A DNA stretch of 58,175 nucleotides from the NCBI RefSeq assembly GCF_001186125.1, contig NW_014040377.1, positions 64,818-122,992 of the forward strand, written 5' to 3'. Under the pieces are notes generated by a model, which worked only from the letters and a program-made list of their open reading frames with translations, was not told the DNA's origin and made no database searches. The number at the start of each line of letters is the position of its first letter. Within the stretch, counting starts at the first letter, position 1. Shown piece by piece: positions 1-13,900 of the stretch. This stretch comes from Sphaeroforma arctica JP610 (lineage: Eukaryota). The position numbers and the translations under genes are program-made.

Positions 1-36
1 TATAGTAGTNTGTGTGTGTGTGTGTGTGTGTGTGTA

Positions 37-90
<54 letters not shown>

Positions 91-181
91 ATATACAACT
101 GAAATATTATTGTGCCTGTGATGCATATAATATGTTAACATAATAACAGAATGTACTTGTAATAGGCAGTTGGTAACTTAC

Positions 182-314
182 CGTCTAGTGTTTCACATTG
201 TACCAAATTCGCATAGTCAGCCTGCTTGAGGATTCCGGCTTTGAACCCCCGACAAAGTCCCTCAGGATATCCGTCATTTATGTTGAAGAAATGCTCGTTA
301 GTATGATAGACCAT
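182..314 (-). CDS. ATP6V0D: V-type proton ATPase V0 subunit d, first coding exon (rest of the gene lies off the left end of the window)
   Basis: Not in the ORF track. Manual translation gives [44 protein letters not shown] followed by a GTAAGT donor (176-181). This matches the conserved N-terminus of Vma6/ATP6V0D1 (YFNVDNGYLEGLVRG...[13 protein letters not shown]). Confidence 0.93.
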
Positions 315-1672
315 GATAGCAAGCCCTGATCAGGTACGATCTGATTGACTGATATACGCAGCTGTGTGATCTGCTTCGAGATAGGGAGATGTACTACCTG
401 TGCGCTTTTCTCGAGTATTTTCTCGTCATATGATATAGTGTATAAAATTGTTTGTGTATTGCAATTCTCGAAATCTTTGTTCCACCATCCGTGACTAGTT
501 TTACCCCCAAGAGATGCCATAAAAGGATGTTCTAATAATAATATAGTCTCGGAGTGTTTTCTGAACCAGGAGTCCAGGACTTGAGTCTCGGCAACTTGGG
601 ACTTGTCCACTAGAGTCGATAAATATTTTTTTTAATTGATTTCGAATTGGAATTTTCAAATTATACGTTAATACATCGCAGCAGTAGGGCTTTAGCGTAG
701 GCCGTAGGCTCTATTTTTATTGTTGCTTTCGCCCAGCTCTACCGACAACAGCAGTAAAATACGATAAAGCCTCCTGTAAAATACATATTGTGACATAGCT
801 GTTGTTGATCAACACGAGAAAACGTAAATTTCTTAATATTTTACAATTCATTTTATATGCAAACTTTCAGAAATCTACTGAAACCGTACTACTTTCATAG
901 TACTACGGTACATTTTCTCTCGCTACCCAATCGTAGGTACTTGCGATCTTTATCCCGTTTTACAATATAGAGAATCCCGATTCTATAATCTAAAAATAGT
1001 ACATATTCAGTTTTTATTTTCAACCAACGTCGAGAATGTTAAATTACTCCAATGAAAACATCCTGCTATTGAGAATTTGAGATACACTATGCTTTGTCTA
1101 TTTCATCATTCAACGGTCCGAATCTACACGAATCAAACCCTTGGTAAAAAGTTTATTTACCCCACGGGCCCATTGCCGGATTAAATACCTGTGATTTTAA
1201 ACTTCATTCCACGGGCATAAGGATTTCTTATAGGACCGCTGGTATCTGGACTGTCGGACGCCGGTGCCCTGTTTCATCTTTTTAGGGTCTTAACAACGAG
1301 AAACGTTGTCATGGCATTTATTATTAACCAGGACCACTATCTTGTGCAGTACGTTTTCTACTGCTTTTTTAGATTGGGTATGTATAGCAACTATTATTGC
1401 AATCTGATGGACAGTGAGAACCTGAAACTGTATTATAGTTTTTACGTAATGCTACATTTTCCCCGGCGATATTTTTAATGCGACACGTCTGGTTGTCGGC
1501 GTGCTCCATGCTACATTTTAGATGTCAAAATTAAACATCAAAAAAGTAGTAAAATTCACTTCATGCGCATAATTTTTGTACACGAAAGTCATGAACTTTA
1601 TAGTATATAAAACTTGCTCAGACACCACCTAGCTTTATTATCCGTATTAGCAGATAAACTCATATAGCAATC

Positions 1673-2968
1673 ATGACTGCACAGAATTACAAAGTAGCTG
1701 ACATCAAGCTTGCCGACTGGGGTCGTAAGGAGATCGAGATCGCCGAGAATGAGATGCCTGGTCTTATGTACCTACGCAAGACGTACGGACCCGAGCAGCC
1801 CCTAAAGGGAGCTCGCATCGCTGGATGTCTTCACATGACTATCCAGACCGCTGTGCTTATCGAGACTCTTACCGCTCTAGGAGCTGAGGTTATGTGGTCT
1901 TCATGCAACATCTTCTCCACTCAAGATCACGCCGCCGCTGCCATTGCCGCCACCGGTGTACCCGTTTTCGCCTGGAAGGGTGAGACCGATGAGGAGTACA
2001 TGTGGTGTGTTGACCAGACCATTGTTTTCCCCGACGGTCAGCCCCTTAACATGATATTGGATGATGGAGGTGACTTGACCAACCACGTACACGAGAAGTA
2101 CCCTCAGTACCTTGAGGGTATCAAGGGTGTGTCTGAGGAGACCACCACTGGTGTACACAACTTATATAAGATGTTCAAAACTGGAAAGCTAGCGATGCCC
2201 GCTATCAACGTAAACGATTGTGTTACCAAGTCCAAGTTCGATAACCTTTACGGTTGCCGCGAGTCACTTCTGGATGGTATTAAGCGTGCCACCGATGTTA
2301 TGATCGCCGGAAAGGTTGCCGTTGTTGCCGGATACGGTGATGTCGGTAAGGGATCTGCCGCGTCTCTAAGAAACATGGGGGCCCGTGTTATTATCACCGA
2401 GATTGACCCCATCAACGCTCTCCAGGCCGCAATGGAGGGTTATGAAGTAACCACCATGGACATCGCTTGCTCTGAGGGAAATATCTTTGTCACCACCACC
2501 GGCTGTGCCGATATCATCACATCTGAGCACTTCATGAAGATGCAAGAGGATGCTATCGTGTGCAACATCGGTCACTTCGATTGCGAGATCCAGACCGCTT
2601 GGTTGAATGTGAACGCCAAGAAGGACACCGTCAAGCCTCAGGTGGATCGCTACACACTTTCCAACGGAACTCACATCATCCTTCTCGCTGAGGGACGTCT
2701 AGTAAACTTGGGATGCGCCACCGGTCACCCCAGTTTCGTTATGTCCAACTCCTTCTGCTGTCAGGTTCTGGCTCAGATTGAGCTTTGGAAGCACACCAGC
2801 AAGTACGAGCTTGGTGTACACATGCTGCCCAAGCAGTTGGACGAGCTTGTCGCCAAGGCCCACTTGGAGAAGCTTAACATCAAGTTAACTACCCTTACCG
2901 CCAAGCAGGCTGACTACCTTGGCCTTCCCACCGAAGGACCTTACAAGCCCGATCACTACAGATACTAA
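1673..2968 (+). CDS. AHCY: Adenosylhomocysteinase (S-adenosyl-L-homocysteine hydrolase), 431 aa, intronless CDS
   Basis: Full ORF with family motifs [63 protein letters not shown] and C-terminal KPDHYRY. Strong codon bias. Possible 5'UTR intron 1378 (GTATGT) to 1653 (CAG). Confidence 0.99.
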   Translation: MTAQNYKVADIKLADWGRKEIEIAENEMPGLMYLRKTYGPEQPLKGARIAGCLHMTIQTAVLIETLTALGAEVMWSSCNIFSTQDHAAAAIAATGVPVFAWKGETDEEYMWCVDQTIVFPDGQPLNMILDDGGDLTNHVHEKYPQYLEGIKGVSEETTTGVHNLYKMFKTGKLAMPAINVNDCVTKSKFDNLYGCRESLLDGIKRATDVMIAGKVAVVAGYGDVGKGSAASLRNMGARVIITEIDPINALQAAMEGYEVTTMDIACSEGNIFVTTTGCADIITSEHFMKMQEDAIVCNIGHFDCEIQTAWLNVNAKKDTVKPQVDRYTLSNGTHIILLAEGRLVNLGCATGHPSFVMSNSFCCQVLAQIELWKHTSKYELGVHMLPKQLDELVAKAHLEKLNIKLTTLTAKQADYLGLPTEGPYKPDHYRY

Positions 2969-3956
2969 GTTATCTCTCTTGCGTATGCACTGTTGTGTTT
3001 CCAGTCATACGGTGTTGGACACTCTCAACCGCCGCTGGTCTAGTTGTGTGATGGACAACCAACACTGATGAAATTATGAATGCAGGATAACACATGAAGA
3101 AAAGGTTATCTGCCAGATATGAATGAATAATATTAAGGTTAGCTTATCAGAGAGAAAAGTATTAAAAGCAAGAAATACTCTCACCCAAAGGCGCACCGCA
3201 TTTATTATCAGCCCCCATATTACTGGAAACTCGGCTATACTCCAGCATATGCGCTCATCTGCTGTATGTTGAAATGGATTGAATAATATACAGTCCGGAT
3301 ATTTAGCAGGCTGACGAATGTTACGGTAAGTTCTCATCAGTACGCGTCACGCAAGCTAGTTGAATGGCCACACATGTGAACGTTCGTAGTCCTAACTCGT
3401 AAAGTATAGTTTTCGTTTGTATCGCGAATTTCATTTTGAAATGTTCCTCGCTTTGCTTATCGCGCTCGCTCGTGTAGATATTTGTATACTGTTCGCATCG
3501 GCTTACGACTCCCGGTCTATTTTATCCGTGTGACCCCAACTACAAAGGATGTTTCACATGTGTTGAATGTTGAATTGTTACTTAAAGATTGTATAGCCTC
3601 TTGAATTAATAGGCTACGAGCAAGCAATACACCAAAATTGCTTACCAAGCCAGTTTTCGCGTGCTATATGTTCATTTATCTGTTTCCAAACCGACTTTGT
3701 TCCAAAAATATTGCTTCAGAGAGAATAATTGTGTAATCAAAACGCGCATTTTATCAGCGCTGACTGCATGTCCAACGAATACCTATATGCTAAAGTGAAT
3801 GGTGAGATCAACGTTTGATCGAGTCTACACTTTACTAAACTTGTACTATTATTGAAGACATGTATACCCTACTGGATTACGAAATCAGTCACAGCGCTTT
3901 GACATGTTATAGATGGCTTGCTTATAAATTGTATTCAGGCTGCAAGTCGATAGTTA

Positions 3957-6007
3957 CTAGCTGGTAGAGACTGTGACTGGAACTGCTGGTAATCCTTTCG
4001 TAGCGTGTGCAGGTATCGCCACCGGACCCTGTTGCTCCGATGACCACTTCTCATAATCGAAATTCTTACTCTCAAAGAACGTGTAAGATAGTGTGATCGT
4101 ATTCACTTTCGCCATGAAAGGGTCGTCGGCGAACTCAGGGTCAATGTAGAAGAACACGGGCATATCAACCTGCAAGTAAATAGATTGGTGGCGCAGAGTG
4201 GTTAGTAATACAGGCCAGTGTAACAGCAAGTTCATTGTTTCAAGTGATTTAATATACTAACAACTGATGATACATATATCACTGACTACTAAAACGTCAC
4301 CATCGAAGACAATATTGATTTCTCGGAGCGCAACCAAATATAGGACCACAGTTGCTTCCCGTAACAGGTTGCTTACTATTTTCTGCAGCATGAAGAGAAA
4401 ATTTGTCAGGACCTTAAGAAGTCACAGCATACCATAGAATACATAGACAAACCTGTTCGTCCGGATTGAGCCGCTGTTCCTCAAAACAGAAACATTGTAT
4501 CTTGTTGAAGTATTGGCCGGCCTCGAAGGGTATCACATTATACGTGCTAATTCCTAAAAGGGAATAAATGATTAGTTAGTATTATGATTTGAGAAAACAG
4601 ACACTTCCTGCTTTGTGTAATTAAAGTAGATGCAGACAAATAGAAACATTCATGCCAAGCCAAAAGACTTCCTGCTGTTCACACATTAATCAAATAGACC
4701 ATTTGGTAAACGGATCAAAGTCATGTTTGCGTCAAAATTACCTGATATGGGCTTGTCGGTTGGATTCGTTGCTGTATAAAACGCAAGCACAGACTCGCCC
4801 GGGATGACAGTTACCTCCTTTTGTTGGGGTCTGATAACAATTCATTCCATACAGTGCAGAAAGAAAATCTGGGTTAAACGTAGGTGTGAATGTCATGGCA
4901 CAGTATAGTGGGTCGACCACGTGTTGAACAGCTTGCTGATATCGTGGGCACTCGGAAGCATTTTGAATTAACAGTTTTTGACACGCCGATGAAGCACCAG
5001 TGCATAAGAATGTGGGCTGCTTACGTCCAATTCAAACCAACAACCATGAGAAGCTAAACTTTCAAATCTCGGTGGCTTGATGTAGGGCCGCAGGCAGCGA
5101 CAAATTGGCACAGGACAAGCAAGACTCGCAACAAAAATTATGTTAATGTTTTCTGCCAGTCATATTTACCATAAGAATAGAAAGCGCGCATGAATACTAC
5201 AATTTCACCCGTATGTCAAATGTCTGTATAAAATACAAGACATACTTGAACGCCCATTGCATATTATTACTGGTATCGGCATTGAAGCGTATCCTGATGG
5301 GCCTATCCATGTGCTTCACCATAAGCGTCATGTCGGTGTCCTGCTCGAAACATAGTTTCGCGGAAATCAGAGAAGAAAGCGCAATGAGACTTGTAACCAC
5401 TCTAACAGCTTACTCGAACGAAAGAATACGAAGCGTCAGACAAATACCAGTTTAGGTTGTGTGTATTAGAACTAGCCGATTTCGTGAATCTCACCTTAGA
5501 TTCCTGAATTGTCCCTCCATATCCGGTGGCCTGGCAAAAAGCTCTATAAAGCGGAACCGCCGCATACGAAGCGGCCAAGAAAATGACGGCAATAGAGGCC
5601 GCATAGTAACCACTGGCAGTATTTTGATTGAAGCCTCGATTCCTGTGACAAAAGAGTCGAGGACATTGAGAAAGTGGTTGACCCTCGTATACATTTTAAA
5701 TCTATAAATCGCTCTCAAATAGCTTCATGTATTCAACAACAAATCTAAAACACCAAATATACAGAATATGCAACGAGTAGTGGCGATTGACAACAGAGAG
5801 CGACTGTGAATCAACCATATGGCTACAATAAATGCGAGGTATCAAAAAAGAACGGATTTGCATACATGTATGGGTATATTGTATACTTGCAAATTCAAAC
5901 ATATACACATATATGTACACATGAATATATAAATATACCTTACAAATATATATATAAATCTACCAATGCAATAACATACATACTATCGCATATGTTATAT
6001 ATGTATG

Positions 6008-6043
<36 letters not shown>

Positions 6044-6158
6044 ACACACACATACACACACACACACACACGCACACACACGCACACACATATATACATA
6101 CATACACGCGCGCACACACACACACGCACACACGCCCACGCACACACCCACACACACC

Positions 6159-6206
<48 letters not shown>

Positions 6207-6207
6207 C

Positions 6208-6242
<35 letters not shown>

Positions 6243-6246
6243 CATA

Positions 6247-6300
<54 letters not shown>

Positions 6301-7183
6301 CATATCATATTTAAACCGATACACGTGTATTGAAAATTCATTTGCGAACGTGGCGATATGGCATGAAATCGTTTATGAAACTGCGCCGCTTACATAATTC
6401 ATGGTACACACAACCCTTTAAATGTGAAATATACATTCGAGAACGGGGTGAACGTAATCCTGAGAGCTGAACGCGTATGCAACTGCAATAAAGTATATAT
6501 ATTTAATGCAGACACAAATCGTCAAACTAAACTATACAATAAAAATCATGCGCTACAGGAATATTGTACCAGATACGAGAAAGTTGTGGCACTAATAAGT
6601 TTAAAAAATCAAGAAGCACACAGATCTGCTATAGAAATACCAAAAGGAAAGGCTGAATGTTGTTCGAATCTATACACGTAGGCAAATAAATATTCATAGC
6701 CGAGGAACCCTAGACACACATTAAAAAAATTAAGTAATGATAGAATCGTGCGTATATAAACTTGACAAACTATTTATACAAGCTAGATCTAAATTATACA
6801 TATAGAAATGTATGAACAAGATTATACTTATTGTGATAGACAAAAAACCTACAAGCAAAAGTACAGCAGACAAAACACACATATACTTCATCATTCATGC
6901 AAGAACGCGGGGACACCACAACTGAAAACGGCAATACGTACTGATTGTAATATCGTTTCTGATCACTAACATGTGTCCTTAAGCCCGATCTCGACACATG
7001 TCGCGTGTTGTATATCAATTGTGTGAAGTATTTTCTGTACTGTATTATCTGCAGCTGCGGAGTTGGTGTGCCCGGAATCGACGGTGCTGTACAAGTTATT
7101 GGACGTGGTTGTGTTCTGTGGAGATTCAAGTACATCCTCCTGCCTGTTGAGTTTAGAAACTGTGATCTAAACATGGTGACCAT
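3957..7183 (-). CDS. COX11: Cytochrome c oxidase copper chaperone COX11, 6 exons: 7183-6942, 5642-5495, 5340-5246, 4830-4742, 4553-4453, 4169-3957
   Basis: Phase-consistent GT-AG splicing gives an Arg/Ser-rich mitochondrial presequence, a TM segment and [41 protein letters not shown] (CFCF Cu motif) and [13 protein letters not shown]...ITLSYTFF. Confidence 0.96.
5995..6300. repeat. Compound (TA)n/(CA)n microsatellite in COX11 intron 1
   Basis: Directly visible dinucleotide runs; the overlapping ORFs are artefacts. Confidence 0.97.
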
Positions 7184-8407
7184 TTATGTGGCAACCGTAT
7201 ACTACAATTGCAAGCATTATTTGAATATAAATTACTGATCCTCTACTATTTAGATATTGTTTGTTTCGCAAAAATGTGCACAACAATTTTATTACAAGAG
7301 TCGTCAACAAGAAGAGAGAAGAGTGAGTGACTAACAGTCTGACAGTCGACAGAACGAGAGCTTTTCTCGCTCAACTGATGTTTTTTGTTTGTCTGTTTCT
7401 TTTTTCTGTTTCTTTTTTCTAAACAAACCCAATTTGTGTTTTGGCCTTTGGGTTTTTCCACAGGACCATAGCCGTCCATAGGCCATAGCCATATTGCAAT
7501 CTTGCTTCATCATACATACATAGAAGGTTTAATAGGCTATTATAAATACAGTGTTCACAAGGTTCAGGGAGTCCATAACGACTTATGATTACGCTAAGTG
7601 TTTACTTTTGTTTGGAATATTTCATATATCTGATTGTTTTCATAGTTGGTTCCCTGGCTGCGCGTTTATGTCTTAACGTTGAAATATGAAAACTTTATAC
7701 AGCTACGTTCTGACGTTCAACGTATACACTGATACTATCATATATACATAACCGCATAACGTATTGAGTGACGTTTGCCGGCGGTGGCCGATGATTGAGT
7801 GAGTGAGTAGAGACTTGAGTCTGTCACCGTGAGATTGCAATAAATGTATGACTGTCACTCCCGCCGTCCTATTTGGGATATACTGCTTACAAATCCTGTA
7901 GAGGTCAACACGCTCAATGAACCAGCTTACTAACAACTTCGGTTTAGGAATTGTGCCTCCGATTTTACTAATTAAATGCTCGGAGTCACCTGTATATTCC
8001 TCTTATACCCTTACTATCCTAATGCCGGATAGTCTGTCCGATCAGATCTTTCTCGTCCTTGTTGCCCATCTCCTTGTCTGGGCACTCCTCCTATGCCTCT
8101 TGGCGAGGCACGGCCAACTGGCAACTATATAGGGCTAGAGTGTTGACAATACAATATCCATGATCCATCCCTTTCCCCTTGTGGCATGAAGCCACCTCTA
8201 CTTCACTCATGGCTTTGCCATTCCTTAGTAGTTGAGTGAGTACCATCGTATCTCATATACCAGTAATACCAGGTAAAGGAATCACACTGCTGTCAACTGA
8301 GGTGCTGTGTGTATACTTATCTTTTATTCATTAACGGCCAGATGGTACCTTTAACATGTACCGAACTCTTATTTGTGTGACGTGTCGGTCACTATCTAGT
8401 GAATACT

Positions 8408-8578
8408 GAGTAGAGTGTAGAATGTAGAGTGTAGTCTGTAGAATGTAGAAGTGTAGACTGTAGAGTGTAGTCTGTAGAGTGTAGTCTGTAGAGTGTAGTC
8501 TGTAGAGTGTAGTCTGTAGAGTGTAGGAAGTGTAGACTGTAGAGTATAGTCTGTAGAGTATAGTCTGTAGACTGTATG
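8408..8578. repeat. Minisatellite, ~14-bp unit TGTAGAGTGTAGTC (7-bp sub-period), followed by (CT)n at ~8598-8622
   Basis: Roughly a dozen near-tandem copies visible. Confidence 0.92.
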
Positions 8579-9318
8579 GTAGAGTTGTAAATAGACGCTC
8601 TCTCTCTCTCTCTCTCTCTCTCCAGAGATATCCTCAGCTGAGTCAGTAGGGTCTAAACTCTAAGGCCTCTAAGCGCCCAACTACAATCGTCAATCTGATT
8701 CCTGAATCCCTGATAATCCATTAATTGTCCTGAATCCCGATCCGGACAATCCCAGCGTTATTCCAAACAATTCCATGAAAACGGATCGCGATGGGCCTTA
8801 ATTGCGGCAGAACAAAGCAAGGTGCATAGTCCGTGTGAGCAAAGCTATGGCATTTTTAACACGAAAACTAATATTCATTGGGGATATTTGTTTACTTTTG
8901 TCAATAAATTCACCGAAATTTCTTTACGTTCTATTATTGGCTATGCCGATCGTCGGAGAGGCGGGAGTCTGGGGGAGCCCACTCAGAACTCAGAGCCAGA
9001 GAGCCTGAGAGGAAAAGAAATCATAAGGTGCAATGTCAATGTGAGTCTTTGACTGCAAGAGGCCAAGAGTTAGAGTCAAGACTCCAAAGTCCAAGGCCCA
9101 AGGCCCAAGCCTCCACAAGAAGAGGCTTCAAGCGGCAAGCTCTATAAAAACAGTAAACTGTTACAGTGTTCAAACTGGCAAGCTATATATGGCATACATA
9201 TGTAAGTTTGGCGTTTGCCTCATGCCTACCGTCGTTTAAAAAAATTATCTATATATACTGTGTACTAGCCTGAAATTGCACTCATTAAGTGTTATAAATT
9301 CGTTAAATATAATACATT

Positions 9319-10121
9319 ATGTCAGTACAAGAAGACGCTAGCAGTGTGTCAAAGGCGCAGGCTGAACTGGCCATGCTCGATAATCCTTGGATCTCGAAAA
9401 AGCCCGAGAGGAAAGAAGCGGGTTTCATGGTCTGGGCACCCTATGTGTACGCCCCCCTGCTGCCTATAATAAGAATTTCTGTAAGTGACTGCAAAATTGG
9501 TGGGTGTACTTTAATCACTGTGCAAGATGTAACTCGCTCACTGTGCACAACGATATGCATCGATTCTAGCCTCTTGGCGGGATAGATTTTCGACCTCTTT
9601 TGTTTGTTGCGCACGTCGGATGCATGCCTATGATGTAGTGTTGTCAGTATGTTGTCTGTGTGCTCAATTATGTTGGAAAGCACTTATAGGCTAATTATTA
9701 AAAGTATATTCATTGGCAACGTTAACAATCTACTGTGTAAACTGCTGTTATATTTGGGAAGGAAGGACTTTTACTAGACAGCTACGTGTTATGGTAAATT
9801 TTCGTTGCAAGTGTTTTTTGAACCCGGTGGACAATTTTTATGTCGAAATCTTGAAATAGAGGGTACGGTAGAGGTTTTTTCCGGTCGCAGCATAGAAATG
9901 ATTAATACAGGTTTAGCAATACCTGGATAAAAATCTGGTATTTATATATTTTCGACCAGAATATTTAAACTAAATTTATTATTTCCAACTCGCATCCTTT
10001 TGTTACACAGCTCGCCAAACAGCCTGTCCTTAGAGATCGTTTGTTTTTTGGTACCTTGGGTTTGGCGTTTGTCCATGGCGTCTATTTCTGCAAGAGTTGG
10101 GGCTACGAAAAAGAACAGTAA
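9319..10121 (+). CDS. Small (90 aa) putative membrane protein of unknown function, 2 exons: 9319-9480, 10011-10121
   Basis: ATG 9319, GTAAGT donor at 9481, pyrimidine-rich acceptor ...TTACACAG at 10010, in-frame stop at 10119-10121. Product contains FMVWAPYVYAPLLPIIRISLAKQPVLRDRLFFGTLGLAFVHGVYF, with two hydrophobic segments. Confidence 0.75.
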
Positions 10122-10959
10122 AGCGCAGTTTTCGCTGTGCGAGCATACTGCAAACAGACAATGAAATCCGAAAAATGCTATCGGAGCAATACAAAAACAG
10201 AGATGGAGACGGGAATTGTGAAGAGTAACTTACCTGTAGTACCGTCTGCGTTAACATTTCCTACTTTGAGAGGCCCCCATAAGCTTTTCTTCACTCTGTG
10301 TATAGCTTGAGTTACACAGATGGAGGAGTCCTCTCTATGGCATTTATAATAAATCTTCACATGTACAACGGGGTTATCCGAAACTATTTATACCTACGGC
10401 TGCTAAACAGACTCAATATCGCATGAAAGTTACAAATGTTGATAACTTTTACTATACTCGTGCTTGCTAGAGTTGAGGCGCTTGAACCGACTTGAGCGAC
10501 AAGTCGACAACCATTTTATCTCAAAATGACTATACTGTTTAGTCACGAAAGCGGGATAGTCATAGCCTTGTTTTATATGGAATTTTAGCTATAGAATAAT
10601 CTTTAAAACCGATGAAATGCTCGCGTTAAAACTCTGTAGTCTGCAGTTCCTACAGTACACCCTCCTATCAAAGATACTGCTGCGGTGAGCAGGCAACAGC
10701 AGTGAGCAGAGCGGCATGACCCATGAGGTATTTTTTTGCGCGCCAAATGTTTATCCTCTATAGTAATCACACCGAAGCACACCCTAAAGTACCTTATTCC
10801 TGAAATTTGCGTATGTACATATTTTTTTAATATTTTTCCAAGATATATGGTGATGGTGATCACAATACTAAGAGACTCGTCACGTAGATAGATAAATCCC
10901 AACACTTTTGTTGACAGGGCTGGCTTGTAACAGTATCGCCAACAAGTACTGTGAGGATT

Positions 10960-13900
10960 ATGTGTGGCATCGGAATATTGATATGCGGCGCAAATAGTCC
11001 CTCAGTTCAGTCCGATACCGAACTCCTACTGAAACCACTACGTCGAAGAGGTCCTTATGCTACTCATACAGACAGTCGACAGCTGACAAACGAGCGAGTG
11101 GTCATATTTTGTGGTTGTGTATTACACATCCGAGGGCAATTAACCCCCCAGCCTGTTTCAGATGCCAATGGAAAAAGTAAGCAGTTATGTTTGGTACATT
11201 GTCGATAGGTTCGCAATGAATACAAACCTTCCAACCTGGTGTTTGTGTGGTAGCGAGCAGATGTCTGCAAGGCTTCCATTGAGACTTATTAATGTGCGTG
11301 CACGTGGTTTGTGCGCGAGACATACTCCTTTGGCAATCATTATCTCAAATGTTAGCTCATTAGTTTAGAATCCGGTAACTGCTGTCTACTATTGAATTTA
11401 CAATCTAATTGCACACGCATGAGGTATCAATGCACGGATAGTTCGATTGAATCTGATATCACTCGATAAATTTACAGTCAAAGCTATGACCCATTGGCAT
11501 AATTGATTTTCCACATACCCACGAATGCGTAATTCAATTGTAATTAAGCACGCTCATAGATGTAAGCTGTGTTACATATTTAACTAATAGCGCACGCTAT
11601 CATTGTGATCGTGTGTCTGGAGGCATATATAGTGATGTTCGACTTCTAATTATAAATACGACGTTTATTGTACTTTTATACCCCTCTGCAAAATAAGAGT
11701 CTGTGGTTGTGTGTTCCACATATCATCTTCCAGAGTACAACATATGGGAGGCTTAAATTGAATGTAATATGTAACTTTAGCTGTACATGATATCAACCTT
11801 CAGGACGGTAGTCTCATTAATCTGCAATCAGCCGAAAGCCTTTCAGTTGCATTGTAGAACAATTTATAGTATCAATCTTTAATACTCGGGCCCCTGTCCA
11901 CTTGTTTGAGTATTTGCAATTGGTGTGTATATATACACCATTTTCTTTGTCTGTGAATTCATGAGTCTCTACGCATTGAAACTATGTTTATAAATTTCGA
12001 TATCTCTGAAAATTAAATCCGTATGTGACAAATACAAGTCTATGTGGTTGTCCGTCTGTGATCATATATAAGCATCTGTGTAAAATCACTCATTGCTGCA
12101 GATACTCGAACGAACCCCAACCATACCGCAATTCGTTTGAATGTATGTAAACTGGTATCCCCAACCCTGCTTTAATTTGATTTCAAAGGTGGGTAAACTG
12201 GTATAGTCCCCAATCCTCCTAGCACACACTAGACTGCTACTACCTATTCCTCAGCAATGCCTCAAACACCTACTCATACTTGTGTTCTAACGCATGTTAC
12301 ATATACTGATGCTTCGTCCACAATACCTCTGAAATGTCGCACTGTTCATGACAATCCATATATATTGTAAGGAACTTTTGTTGATCCTTGCGGCGTTGCA
12401 GCATATCGTTATTACAATGGTACACAGCTGTGCTAGCTACTATCGATGTGGCTAATTATACACATGTCACAGAATGGAATACACTTGTACTTTGTCTATA
12501 TCGTAGATCTCTTCTTGTGGAATGGCGAGATCTTTGGAGGATCATGCGTGCCGCCGCAAACAGAGAACGATACGCAATTCTTGATGGACGCTATCGAACG
12601 CAGTGGCGATGTAAGTTTTCTGAGAATCGAGAGGAATTGAATTTTGTTGTTTGTTTTGGCCATTCTGTGTATGCACTGAAGCATTTTATGGTGTCTGCGA
12701 CAGTGACATCCGATTGTGCCGCTTCTCCTCAATTCGCAACCTGCACAGCTACCACCACCGAATTGTGGGGTACACTGAAGTGACAACTTAAGATCTGGTC
12801 GGCAGTACTGTAACTTTTCTAAATTTATATGTTCCTTCTTTTAAACCGTTGTTTCATTGCATATCGGCTCACCTTGTCAAATAGGCCAGAGACACCCACC
12901 ATATATTAAGTTTGTTGGCAACGGGCAATAGATGAATCACTGGTCGTGGGGGCACTTTCTCTTTTTCTCACAATTTATCATCCCTTGTATGCTTGATTTT
13001 TACCGATTGTTCAGCTTGTGGGTACTTTGAAGCATGTGGAAGGTCCTTTCAGCTTTGTTTATTGGGATGATGCTAAGCAGAAACTTTGGATTGGCAGAGA
13101 CTGCTTTGGAAGAAGGAGTCTCATAGCACGCTTATGTATTGATGGGAGAGGTATTCACGTTCGAAGTGTTCATAGAGAAACTATCCACTATTCCAGGAGC
13201 GTACTATTTAATCAAATTCATGTGCTTGTCGTAAGTATATGAACGTTTGATGTTAGTCTAGCGTGCGCACACGTAAGCTTATCTGCGTTCAGCACCATCT
13301 TGTCAGAACATCATCGTGTATTCAGTGCCATAAACTTATACCTATCCAGGTAAAACGACTCTCCAGTTAACATCAGTCACGGACGAAATCTCTCCGGTTG
13401 AAGACGCAAGCGAGGAATCCAATACCGATATCAAGAAGGCACGCGCACACACATACGCTCCAAACGTAATTCAAAATAGCGGTACTACAGGGAACACTCT
13501 GAAACTCACATCCGAGTGGTCAGAGATTCCCGCGGACGGTGTTTATTGTCTGGACACGAAGAAATCAGATTTGTAGGTGCCTTGTTGGTTGCTGTGTTTA
13601 TTTGTTTCGTTTTACGAAAGCCGCTTTTCATTTTCTTGGGAGTATCGCGAAATGGACCTTGTACCGTCGGCCTTGGGTACTGGAGTGCTGAATGGCAATC
13701 CCTGACGACTGCGACTTTTATATCTCTTCAAAACAATGGCTAGCGCGAATCGCCTTGCCAACTTTATGTATATTCCTTGCACCTCTGATATATGTGTTTA
13801 CTGATGGAAAATATTTATGTGGATAGTTGGTAAGCGCGAAGCAGTTAAAATTACATTATGTCTCGACAAAGAAAGCTGCTTCCGCGCAGAGCTACCCTCC

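Noticed and set aside
278..610. 110-aa minus-strand ORF
   Set aside because: No recognisable motif; the real exon (V-ATPase d) is in another frame at 182-314.
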